Source: Dendrobates tinctorius | Lineage: Eukaryota | Assembly: GCF_039654945.1 (NCBI RefSeq) | Contig: NW_027361792.1 | Coordinates: 1,550,001 to 1,614,000 of the forward strand | Direction of reading: 5' to 3' | Length of the DNA stretch: 64,000 nt | In this document: piece after piece, positions 24,822 through 35,359 of the stretch | How the letters are laid out: each line of letters opens with the position of its first letter | Numbering within the stretch: position 1 is the stretch's first letter | Position numbers and translations under genes: made by a program | The notes under the pieces: generated by a model | The model's input: the letters and a program-made list of their open reading frames with translations, nothing else | Told to the model about the DNA's origin: nothing | Database searches by the model: none

Positions 24822-26366
24822 CAGTGGTGTGAAAAAGTGTTTGCCCCCTTCCCGATTTCCTCTTCTTTCGTATATTAGTCACAATTAAATGTTTCAGATC
24901 AAACAAATTTAAATATTAGACAAAGAAAACAAACATAATAAAGTCCTTCTTTAAAAACTGCATTATTAAAGAAAAAAGAAATCCAAACCTATAGAGCCCT
25001 GTGTGAAAAAGTCATTGCCCCCCTCCTCCTAAAAACAAAGAAACTCTGATTTATCACATCTTTGGGAAGCGGAGTTCACATTCCCTAGCCACACCTGTTC
25101 TCAAACAAGAAATCACTTAAATAGGACCTGCCTGACAAAGTGAAGTGGACAAAAAGCTCCTCAACAGCTAGACATCATGCCGCGAGCCAAAGAAATTCCG
25201 GAACAAATGAGAAACAAAGTAATTGAGACCTGTCAGTCTGGAAAAGGTTATTAAACCATTTCTAAGGCTTTTGGACTCCAGCGAACCACAGTGAGAGCCA
25301 TTATCCACAAATGGAAAAACATGGAACAGTGGTGAACCTTCCCAGGAGTGGCATGCCGACCAAAATTACTCCAAGAGCGCAGCGAAAACGAATCAAAGAG
25401 GTCACAAAAGATCCCACAACATCCAAAGAACTGCAGGCCTCAGCTCAGTTAAGGTCAGTGTTCAAGACTCAACCATAAGAGTCTGCTCAAAAATGGCCGT
25501 CATGGCAGAGTTCCAAGATGAAGAGCAATTAGAACATAACGGCTCGTCTCAGTTTTGCCAGAAAACATCTTAATGATCCCCAAGACTTTTGGGAGAATAC
25601 TCTGTGGACTGATGAGACAAAGGTTGGACTTGTTCGAAGGTTTATGTTCCATTACATCTGCCGTAGAAGTAACAGCATTTCAGGAAAGGAACATCATACC
25701 AACAGTAAAATATGGTGGTAGTATGATGGTCTGTGGCTGTTTTGCTGTTTCAGGACCTGGAAGACTTGCTGTGGCAAATGAAACCATGAATTCTGTCGTC
25801 TACCAGAAAATCCTGAAGGGTAATGTCCGGTCATCTGTTCGTGACCTCAAGCTGAAGTGCACTTGGGTTATGCAGCAGGACAATGATCCAAAACTCACCA
25901 GCAAGTCCACCTCTGAATGGCTTAAGAAAAACAAAATTAAGACTTTGAAGTGGCCTAGTCAAAGTCCTGACCTTAATGCGATTGAGATGCTGTGGCCTTA
26001 AAGAGGCGGTTCATGCTCAGAAACATCCAATGTGGCTGAATTACAACAATTCTACAAAGACGAGCTGCCAAAATCCCTTCAGAGCATTGTACGAGACTCT
26101 TTGCCAGTTTTCACAAACTCTTGATTGCAGTTGTTAATGCCAAGGACGGCCCAACCAGTTATTAGGTTTAGAGGCAATCACTTTCACACAGGACCCTGTA
26201 GGTTTGGATTTCTTTTTCCCTTAATAATAAAGACCTTGATTTATAAACTGCATTTTGTGATTGTGTTATCTTTAATGTTGACATTGTTTGGTGATCGGAA
26301 TCATTTAAGTGTGACAAATGTGCAAAAGAATAAGAAATCAGAAAGGGGCCAAACACTTTCACACAA
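24822..26366 (+). mobile_element. Near full-length defective Tc1 transposon (DD34E, IR/DR type)
   Basis: TIRs CAGTGGTGTGAAAAAGTGTTTGCCCC and GGGGCCAAACACTTTCACAC with inner repeats near 25001 and 26173; ATG 25177; WTDET, QQDNDPK-34 aa-SPDLNAIE; stops and frameshifts. Confidence 0.93.
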
Positions 26367-26959
26367 TATATATATAATAATAATAATCTTTATTATATAT
26401 ATATCTACTCACAAATGACTAGTCAGTGTGGACGGGTGACTACAGAAACTGATGGCAAATGTACCTCACATACACAGGAGGGTCCGGGTTGCAGAGGACA
26501 CTGCTACTTATCAGAAAAGCTCAGGTAGGGGGCAACCAGCAGAGAAAGGCGCTTCTTCCTGACACTTGATGACAGCACAAAGGTTAAAGTGGTGATAAAT
26601 TTGGAGCAATCTTTTTACACTGGAGACTCCACTGGCGCAAATGCCTCAGCCCTTGATATATATTATCTGGCCCCATTGACTCTGGTGTATAACCTCCGGC
26701 CCCCTCCATACTGTCTGCCATTACCGCCATGTGACAGAGCGGCCGGTGGTGCGGAGTTCACTGATCCCAGCGCGGTCCTGTAATAGGAGCCACCGGGGTA
26801 TCAAGTCCATCCATGACATTTCTTCCTCCTGACTCTTCCCCCATCACTTGTGATTGATATTATTGAGAAATGGAAGGAACCGCAGCGACTCAGCCACAAA
26901 GGGGAGACCCCTTAACGTTACAGAGCCGGGGGGCCGAGTGCTGAGGGCAGAAAAGTCAC

Positions 26960-27155
26960 CACCGCTCTGCTGACCCAATAACTGCGGAGTCCAGACCTCC
27001 TCTGGTATCACTGTACCCCCGCCGGGAGCTTAATGGCCGAGCAGCTGCATGCAGTCGTACATCACCAAGCACAATACCGAGCGTCGGATGGAGTGGTGTA
27101 AAGCCGCCACCACTGGACTCTGGGAGAAGACATGTTCTGTGCAGTGACGGTCTGA
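26960..27155 (+). mobile_element. Tc1 transposase fragment just downstream of the ZNF408 stop
   Basis: tacatcaccaagcacaat...cgtcggatggagtggtgtaaagc...cactggactctg reads YITKHN..RRMEWCKA..HWTL..VLxSD. Confidence 0.7.
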
Positions 27156-27279
27156 GATAACAGGAGTTTCCCCGATTTATCCTCTGCCCCATTGACAAAA
27201 TGAAGATGAATTTAATCAAACTACGAAACCAGCAAATCAGGGATGAAACACTTTTTATCAACAGTTTAGAGGGTCACAA

Positions 27280-28814
27280 TTACACCCCTATTTCCACCAC
27301 CACCTCAGCTACTGTGCTGAACTCAAGAGTCTGGGAGACGAGTAACAGACTGGGGCTGTGCTCTTTTTGGAGGAGGCCATCCTCATGGTCCCTAATAGTC
27401 GCTATTGTCTCCGATATGACGGGGAGTAATGGACGGTGGGAGTTACCCAGCTCAGAGCTGTCTGCGCAGCCAGCAACCAATATCTTTTCTGAGCTCTCAT
27501 CCACTTGCACCAGCAGCAGCGTTTGCCCCAGCTCAGCGCCCTCCATTGCTACCTCTTTAGCATCCACAGCTACAGATTTCTGCCCTTCGTCTCTGTGACT
27601 GTGAAGATGTCGGTTTAGACTTTGCTGAAAAGAGTAGCCCATCCCGCACACATGGCAGCGGTACGGCTTCTCCTCCAGATGAGATTTAAGATGTCGCCGG
27701 AGCTTGGTTGCTTGTGGGTAGGATTTGCCGCAGTACTTGCAGAGGAAGGGGCGATCGCCTGTGTGTAGCCGCTCATGGACGCGTAAAGTGTGAGGGTCTT
27801 TTAATGCTTTGCCGCAGACGGTACAGAGATGCATTTCCCCCGTGTGTGTGATTAAATGACGTTTCAGTTCTGGCTGCTGCGGGAATGCGTCTCCGCAGTA
27901 CTGGCATTTATAAGGCCTCTCGCCGGTGTGCAGCCGCTGGTGGATCCGCAAACTTCCTCTGTGGCGGAAAGTGCCGCCGCACTCTGTACACGTGTACGGC
28001 TTCTCCCCGGTGTGTATAAGCATGTGGTTACGCAAGGAGCAGACGTTGGCCAGCTGCTTATCACAGATGCTACACTGCAGGACAGTCTTTGTCTCGTTGG
28101 TCCTGTGCGTGCAGTATTTCTTGCGGTGAATTCGTAAAGTCGGTCGACGGGCAAAGCTCTTTCCGCAGTCCTCACAGCTGTAAGGGCGCTGTCCTGTGTG
28201 CAACACCGAGTGCTCCTTTAGGTCGCGCTGGGTACCGTACGCTTTATCACACTGGGGACACTTGAAGGGACGCAGGCCTTGGTGACCTAGTAAGTGAGCC
28301 TTGAAGCTCTCCTCAGAGCAGTACTCCTTCCCGCACTCTGGGCATAGGAACGGTTTGAGCCCGGTGTGTGTGAAGCTGTGTCTCTTCAAATGGCCCAGTT
28401 GGAAGAAGCTTTTGCTGCAATCATTACAATGAAATTTGCGTTGCGATGGTTCTTTCGCTTTGGTCCCTTTAGTCTCAGTCTCCTTGGCACTTTCTGGGGG
28501 ATCTGTGTGTTCCTCCAGTCGGGTCACCGTACCTCGGCCTTCATCTGGAGTCTCAGGACATTTCGTCTTGGAGTTTCTCCTTTCCCGGTGGTTAGATAGT
28601 TTTGCATCTTGGACCTCTGTCTCGTCACCTTCCACCTTACTCGTTTCTCCAAGTAAATACTCCACACTCCAGGACCCATCACCGCTCGCGTGAATCTGCC
28701 TGGTTGCAGCTGCAGGAACATCGGATATCTGAGTTACGGAGACATCTTGGGACTCTGCATTGCTGGGCTTGTCAGACGCCGTCTCCTTTACACAGCGCAC
28801 GTCTTCTGAAGAAC
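27280..28814 (-). CDS. ZNF408: ZNF408 last exon, 10 zinc fingers
   Basis: [39 protein letters not shown] and C-terminal AEVVVEIG resemble ZNF408; acceptor ttttag|GT. Confidence 0.95.
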
Positions 28815-29057
28815 CTAAAAAGTAGAAAAATACATTAATAGAGGTCGGCAGTGATCGGGTGCTGAATGCCACAATTACGGTGACTCTACAACTCCTTGGT
28901 GACATCTGCTGTACATTCCCGGTGGTTGGCACCAACTCCATAGATACCAGATGGCACACAATAAGGAGTTTCCAAAGCAAAATATACACGTGTGCAGCCC
29001 TTTAGTGCTGAATGTCCCTTACATGTATTGTGATGTAATTTGCTGTGCGTTATCCGG

Positions 29058-29886
29058 TGTTTTTTCATTTACAAATTGCCAATGGCAAATAGACCCGAAC
29101 TAGATTCTGTAATGTGACTAAAATTAACAATTTAACATAATCAAGTGCATTTATGAAACCACAAGGTTTGTATCGGTCACTATATGAATTTCTATTGGTC
29201 TTGAAAAGTGATAAGGGCGATCACTAACCATCATTTTATAGGACCGTTGATGAATTATTAATAAGTCACCAGCCGCCCGGTGGCCATTGCAGCCTCATTC
29301 CCCTGAAGACGCCAGTAACGGTGAAACATGTTGGGGAGGCAGCCGGTTATATATTTTAAATAGTAAGGTGTTGCACTGGTCATAAACAATAAGTGATGGT
29401 CCGCGGCCACACAACGCAAGAGAGACATTAGAAGAAATCTATAGGCTTGAGAGCGATGAAAGCATTACAAAGTATAAAGACAGCGGGGGATATTAGACTG
29501 GGAATTACTCAGTGGCAAACCTACAATCGAGACGAGATCAAACCATAGAATAATGATTACTAATACGATGCCACGTAATGGATGTAATATCTGTAAATCT
29601 GAAATCTCAGATGGTGGATGATTAATAATTCATCAATGGTCCTATAAAATGATGGTTAGTGATCGCCCTTATCACTTTTCAAGACCTACAGAAATTCATA
29701 TAGTGACAAATACAAACCTTGTGATTTTATAAATGCACTTGATTATATTAAATTGTCAGATAAAAATTCATTTTAGTTACATTACAGAATCTTTAGTTAG
29801 GGTTCTATTTGCCATTGGCAATTTGTAAATAAGCATCAAATGCCCTATATGCTGATTCTTTTTGAACAAGTGAAGGTGCAATTATC
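29058..29886 (+). mobile_element. Non-coding Penelope-like insertion with about 195-bp inverted arms
   Basis: 10-bp direct repeat CGTTATCCGG at 29048 and 29887; arms 29067-29262 and 29621-29830; hammerhead motif inside. Confidence 0.7.
29292..29340 (+). ncRNA. Minimal type I hammerhead ribozyme motif, probably CpG-decayed
   Basis: GCCTC-att-CCC CTGAAGA c GCC-agtaac-GGT GAA ACATGT T GGG GAGGC: both core boxes, stem I, stem II and a palindromic stem III. Confidence 0.65.
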
Positions 29887-30291
29887 CGTTATCCGGACTC
29901 TCCCTATGGGTCGGTGCACCAAGAAGTCTCCTGCAATGTGGTTAAGATTTTACAAGCGCCCACCTACAGAATTAGAGGATATACTGCAGGTTTCATTTTA
30001 TGCAACGTAATGCCTGAAATCCGCCGCTTTTTTTAAGACTACTTGTTTCGTTGCGGAAATGCAGCAAAGTGATCTGTATTTTCAGCAATTTGTTAAAGAG
30101 ATATCCACAGGGTATGCGGCAAATTTTTGATATCTTGTGTCCCCACTTCTGCTGGGAGAAAGATGCGGCTGCCTTTACATGGCTGCCAGTGTTCCTTTAT
30201 GAATGGAGCGAGAATGAGAATCATCACGGCGGCATCCTCTCTCCAATGGCGGAGTATAAGTGGTGATGTAGTGATAAGATGTAAGACAGAC

Positions 30292-30767
30292 CTGCAGTTT
30301 GCGTGTGTTCTGCCTCCTCCATATTAATGGACAGCTTAGCCCCCTCTGGTTCTGGAATGAGTGTTGTCACGGCTTCTTCTTGCTCAGCGGTGACCGCAGT
30401 CGTCTCTGGTCCAGATCCTCCCGCTGAGGTGCAGCACTTTGGTTGAGGAGTCGCAGCCAACTCCTCAGGTTGTTGGGATAATAAAGAACATTCTGAATTG
30501 GCCAAAACTTCCTTGGTTTTCAGAGCCAGTCTGTCCTCATCAGTCTCTGCTGCTAATGGCACCGAGTCACTGACAGAAGAGTCACTCATGGACTCTGGAG
30601 GGAGCGGAGATCCTTCATTATCATCATCATCATCACAGACCGTGTGCTCTTCTAAGGGAAGAAGCAGCTCAGATCCTGACGGGATCGACGCCGTCACCTG
30701 GAGATGGACAATTCCTCCAATTCTGCAGAACTTCACATTTTGCTTCTTTGCATTTTTCCTTACAAAC
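30292..30767 (-). CDS. ZNF408: ZNF408 exon (end of PR/SET-like region and acidic linker)
   Basis: FVRKNAKKQNV...HLQVTASIPSGSELLL; acceptor clear; donor G|gtctgt chosen by phase and less certain. Confidence 0.75.
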
Positions 30768-31397
30768 CTGCAAAACATTAAAAGTTGAAGGTCAGTACAG
30801 CCGAGCAAAACCTGATAACCATCCCAGTATCTGCTATGCATCGCCTCCTCGGCCGTCTCTGCAGGTGCTGAATGTGGGTAACACTTGGCGAGTAGCAGAC
30901 GATTCTCTTGTCTGGACTGGAAAAGTGCAGGATACGTTCTGTCTGCACAGAAGCCGGGAAGCTGAGGAGGAGACATGGTGTAATGAATGGAGAACCTCCA
31001 TCTTTATCTTCTGGACGCAGAGATCGCTGCGTCCATGGTTTACACGGCACAAGGCTAGTTTTCTTTATTCCACACACCCCAATTTAATGTATTTTTAGCT
31101 TTTTTTTCCCATAAAGTAGACATCCCCTCTTATTCAGGGACACGTTAAGTGTCTGAACAAGAGCGGTGGGCATCACAGATGGCGAGTATCACATCTTATG
31201 GGTTTTTTTAGCCACTGTCATCCTTTTGCAAAACATACCGGTCTCCAGCTCATCGGCCCCTGTACTAGGCATGGGACAGTGGATTATGTTTTGGATGCAG
31301 CGTTCCTTTAACCTTCTACACAATCTCAGAGCTAAACTATGACACCAAGAGCAAGGTAATAAATATGAAAGACATATAGGTACATAACGATCCATAC

Positions 31398-31444
31398 CTG
31401 AGCCACCAGATGTCCCCTGGCTGTAACGACAATGCGGGACCTTC
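31398..31444 (-). CDS. ZNF408: ZNF408 small exon EGPALSLQPGDIWWLR
   Basis: tag|GAA...AG|gtatgg; phases 0 and 2 bridge the neighbouring exons and create the PR-domain WLRFVR motif. Confidence 0.82.
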
Positions 31445-31526
31445 CTATTAGGACACAAAAAGAGTGTAAATGGATCATAATGTGAAGTGAAGGGATACTG
31501 ACCGCTGCTGCCCACATATCACTCAC

Positions 31527-31721
31527 CTCAGCTGCTTCCGATTCTGGACTGCAAGAAGGAATGAGAGCGCCATCGGGTAAAGCTCTGCCAACACACCACA
31601 AACCGACTCCCTCCCGCAACAGAGAGGGCCCCAGGGCCAGGCCGCAGGGGACATGGAGCAAGGCGTTATAGACTGCATCCTGTGCGCGCCCCACAGGGGG
31701 CGAAGAGATGGATGAACTCAT
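31527..31721 (-). CDS. ZNF408: ZNF408 first coding exon (start of PR/SET-like region)
   Basis: [22 protein letters not shown] resembles human [23 protein letters not shown]; acceptor at 31725, donor gtgagt. Confidence 0.88.
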
Positions 31722-32154
31722 AAATCTGCAGAGAGATGGGCAGAGGACACGGATTAGGACGGATCATGCACCTATATTATGCAGCATCGGCAAAAAATGG
31801 ACACATGGAAGGCGGCTTCATACAGGAGTCCAGGATAAGTGCCTCGATCCTATGGAAACGGGATAAATATCCATTGTGGGAAAATCTCTGGAAGTCACCA
31901 TTGCCGTGAAGACCCGGCCCAATGTGACTCACTGCTGAGGGTTTACTGCAATTACATACAGTCTAGGAAATCATCTGGGAGCCTAACAGCCTAGACCCGA
32001 ATGGGTAATCTCATCTAATGTGTGATAGATAGGGATCCTATAACCCGAGCCCTGACTGGTGCTGCGGCCAACAATGCACAGAGCACTCCAGTCACTTCCA
32101 TGAGAGCTCTGCAACCAGCCGAGCAAAACCAGCATAGAAGTGCAAAGGGGAAGC

Positions 32155-32584
32155 TGTTGATATAGAAGAGTTAATGGTTTGCTTTTATATCCCTTTAATT
32201 GCCTTTAAGACTTCTAATGCCTTCTGCCTTATTATTGCTAGAACTATTCTCATGTAGACTATTAGTCTCTGTTCTCAAGGAAACTATACTTGTTATCATT
32301 TGTTCTCAACAACATGTTCTGGGTACATTGTAAACATGGCATAACTCTGAAGGTGATGGGGGAGGGGCTACATGAGCTCCATAGAATTACATTTGTTGTA
32401 AATGGTATAAAATATTGCCTTGTATTTCATTACGTCAGATAAAGTGATTTCACCACGGCTCGTGTGTGTTGAGTCTCTTTGTCTCCAAGCGCTTGTCATC
32501 AGAAGGGCGAAAAACCTCACAATCCGGACTCACTGGTGATCTGGCATACCTGACTGTTGGTCAGGACAAAAAGCAGCTACAACA
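32155..32584 (+). repeat. ERV 5' LTR (430 bp)
   Basis: TGTTG...CAACA termini, TATAAAA near 32406, directly followed by the PBS. Confidence 0.85.
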
Positions 32585-32588
32585 GTTT

Positions 32589-32606
32589 TGGCGCCCAACA
32601 TGGGGC
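32589..32606 (+). other. Primer binding site for tRNA-Lys(CUU)
   Basis: TGGCGCCCAACATGGGGC, one mismatch to TGGCGCCCAACGTGGGGC. Confidence 0.9.
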
Positions 32607-32906
32607 CGTGGAAACCAGCCTATTCGGAATCCGTATGTGGGAGCTTCCTGGGAGGTTGTATATGCAGAATCCAGGCTGCAGCAGGTGAGAACATTTATTC
32701 TTACATTGATTCTGCATCTGCAGCCTCTCAGGATGTCCACATATCTCTGGGTAAGACTGTACAACACGGTTCAAACGAACCCACATCACCAGTGAGCGGT
32801 ATGTCTGTATGAGGGTTGAAGAATAGAGTAATAAGATAATAATTGTCATCTGTAATATCTGTCAATCTGTTCTGGTAATATACTAGCTGGTTGTGTACTG
32901 GTGTAC

Positions 32907-33700
32907 TGTTATGATTGAGTCACCGTAGGAGGCAAAAACAGAAATGCTAGCTAAGTCCAGAAAACCAGAGAAGTTGGCAACTATCAGATTGCAGACCCCT
33001 GAACCTATCAACACAACTAGCAGTAGCCATGGGGGGGTTCCTACGATGACCTAGACCCCTCGATCACAGCCGGAGAGATACATAGGCCTAAAGAAGGAAA
33101 GGGGAAATCTAACTGCCCCAGAGCAGACCCCAAAGCAATAGGCAGCCCCCCACATATAATGACGGTGAAGCAAGATGAAAACACTTACACAGACAGAAAG
33201 ACAGGCTGAGCAAAGACGGGGCCCAAAAACTACCTAGATAGGAACGGATAGGAAGGCTGCTGTTTGCAATCTGCCAAAACCCTATCAGAGACAAAAGCCA
33301 ACAAGCTGATATAAAAATGGCCCTGAAGCAACTAAGCTTCAAAAACTAAATCAGTACTCAGGTATTTTCAGAAGACAGAGCTCACGGAACACTGCACACT
33401 CCAGCAGGGAGTGGCAGAATCCAAAAAGCAAGAAAAACAAAAACAAATCTTAAATGCAAAAAGGCAAAACAGAAAACTTAGCTTTAGGAGAGCAGGAATC
33501 AGACTGGTGTCCAAGAGTCCACAGAGAAATCACCCGCAGGGCAGAAAGGGCGTAGGCTGCCTTAAATCCAGTCAGAGACTCCACTCAGCCAATCGTCTTC
33601 ATTAATCCCAGGTGCCTGATAATCAGGCTCACTACCTTCCTTCACTAGAATAGGGAGTTCACCAGGCCTCAGTGACAGAGGGGAAAATGAACTCACAACA
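32907..33700. mobile_element. Solo LTR of a second retroelement nested in the ERV leader
   Basis: TGTTATGA...TCACAACA termini flanked by a GTGTAC direct repeat. Confidence 0.8.
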
Positions 33701-35359
33701 GTGTACTGTGTAGCACGGAGCCTGGGATAGACTCTGTGCGGCGTCTATTTTGGATTGGCAGTAAATCATATGAGGCTGTATTTTGTATAGGGCTGGGGTT
33801 TTTGGTTGCTGTAGTTTTCATTGATTCTTGTTGTTTAAGAAGTTGGCTTTGGTGTTCTCAGAGTGTCAGTGGACACGGCTGTAGGTTAACGTGTCAAATC
33901 CAAAGCGCAAGATAGGCAGGCTGTGTGAGTCCTTGTATGTATGTCTATGAGAACCTCTGAATGAGATGAGAGAGGAGTAATTGAGTAGAAGGGATTTTTG
34001 TTATCTTCTCTTTGTAAAATCAAATGACCACTGAAAAGTGAAAGAAAAAAATCCCTGAATGAGCACGTATGAATGAATCATCACACATCATTTTGTGTCA
34101 AGAGATTGTTACCTTTCTAGTTGTGGGGGAGATCCCGGACAGATGCTTTATAGATATTTCAAATCTACATCTGAGACTGAATGATTTGAGTAATGATATA
34201 GCTCGTGTTATATGTGGCATTACATTGTAAAGTTTCCCGAATGCATTTGGCCAGAAAAAGGGCAAGACTCAGTTAATGACATTATACAGTTATCTGCCCT
34301 CACAGTGAAATCCCGTGATTTTGAGTTTTTAACTTGTAGAAATTGATTTTGATTAAGTCTAAAGAGCTACGGCATTACTTTATGAAGGACACTACATTCT
34401 GATGGGAGGGGGGAATGATGCCGCTGCGCGATGCGATTTCTCTTCTCCTCTGCTGAGTGTCTAATAGGAGGGGGCACGGAGAGGCGTTCAAGATTCTCTG
34501 TGGGTGTCCTTGGAGAAATACTCGCTATTAGATTTGTGCATTTTAAAGCAACAGTACTTAATTGAAGTGGAATGAAATTTTGTAAGTTGCAAGTAAAATA
34601 TGGTGCCTAATTTAGAAGGAAATTGTAAGTGATTGCTTGGTCATTGTAAGTGATTGTTTGGTCATTAATGTGTTTGAACCTGCTTCTAATTGTGTGATTG
34701 ATTTGTATAGCAAATTGTGGATCAACAAAGGAGGTAGCCGACCGTATGGCTGATAAAGTAGGTCAGAGGCCTATCACACCTGGGCCTTCTTACTTTAGTC
34801 AGCGGGGTTTTTTGTTGTGGGTGAGAGGCGAGGGCAAGGAGCCTTCTGGATATACCTTGGCAGGCTCACTCTGACTTGCTATGTGTGGCCTGTAAGACAG
34901 AGGTCCAGACACACAGAAGGGCATTTCAGAAGAAAGGTGAGCTGTCTAAGTTGAAGCGGCCTTCCCACAAACCATGGAGCTGGGCTGGAAGGAAAAAGGC
35001 CTATTCCTATTCTAGCCAGCTGATCTACCGGGTGAGAGGCAGAGCCTTCTCGTTACATCCTGTAGGTCTACCGGGTGAGAGGCAGAGAGTCTTCCCGCTT
35101 CACCTTGGCAGGATCTCTGACTTGCTATGTGTGGCCTGTAAGACAGAGGTCCAGGCACACTGGGAGGGCATTTCAGAAGAAAGGTGAGCTGTTGGCAGAA
35201 AAAGGTTGAAGCCATGGGCAACTTTTTCTGTTTACAGTCGGTGCCCCAATGGGATCCAAGACAGCTATGCAAATTATAAAAGACAGAAGAAAGGAAGCAG
35301 TGAAACAAGTGGGACAAATATTGAAAAATGCAAAAATACCAGAGTGTGAATGTTTGGAT

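Noticed and set aside
25555-26001. Active Tc1 transposase gene
   Set aside because: Only a C-terminal fragment is open; there is an early stop near 25250 and several frameshifts
28815-28989. N-terminal extension of the 569-aa zinc-finger ORF, with a signal-peptide-like start
   Set aside because: Intronic read-through upstream of a clear acceptor at 28814; upstream exons supply the ZNF408 N-terminus
30768-30976. First part of ORF 30224-30976 as a ZNF408 exon
   Set aside because: The 47-bp exon at 31398-31444 fits both phases and restores WLRFVR; this stretch lies upstream of the 30767 acceptor
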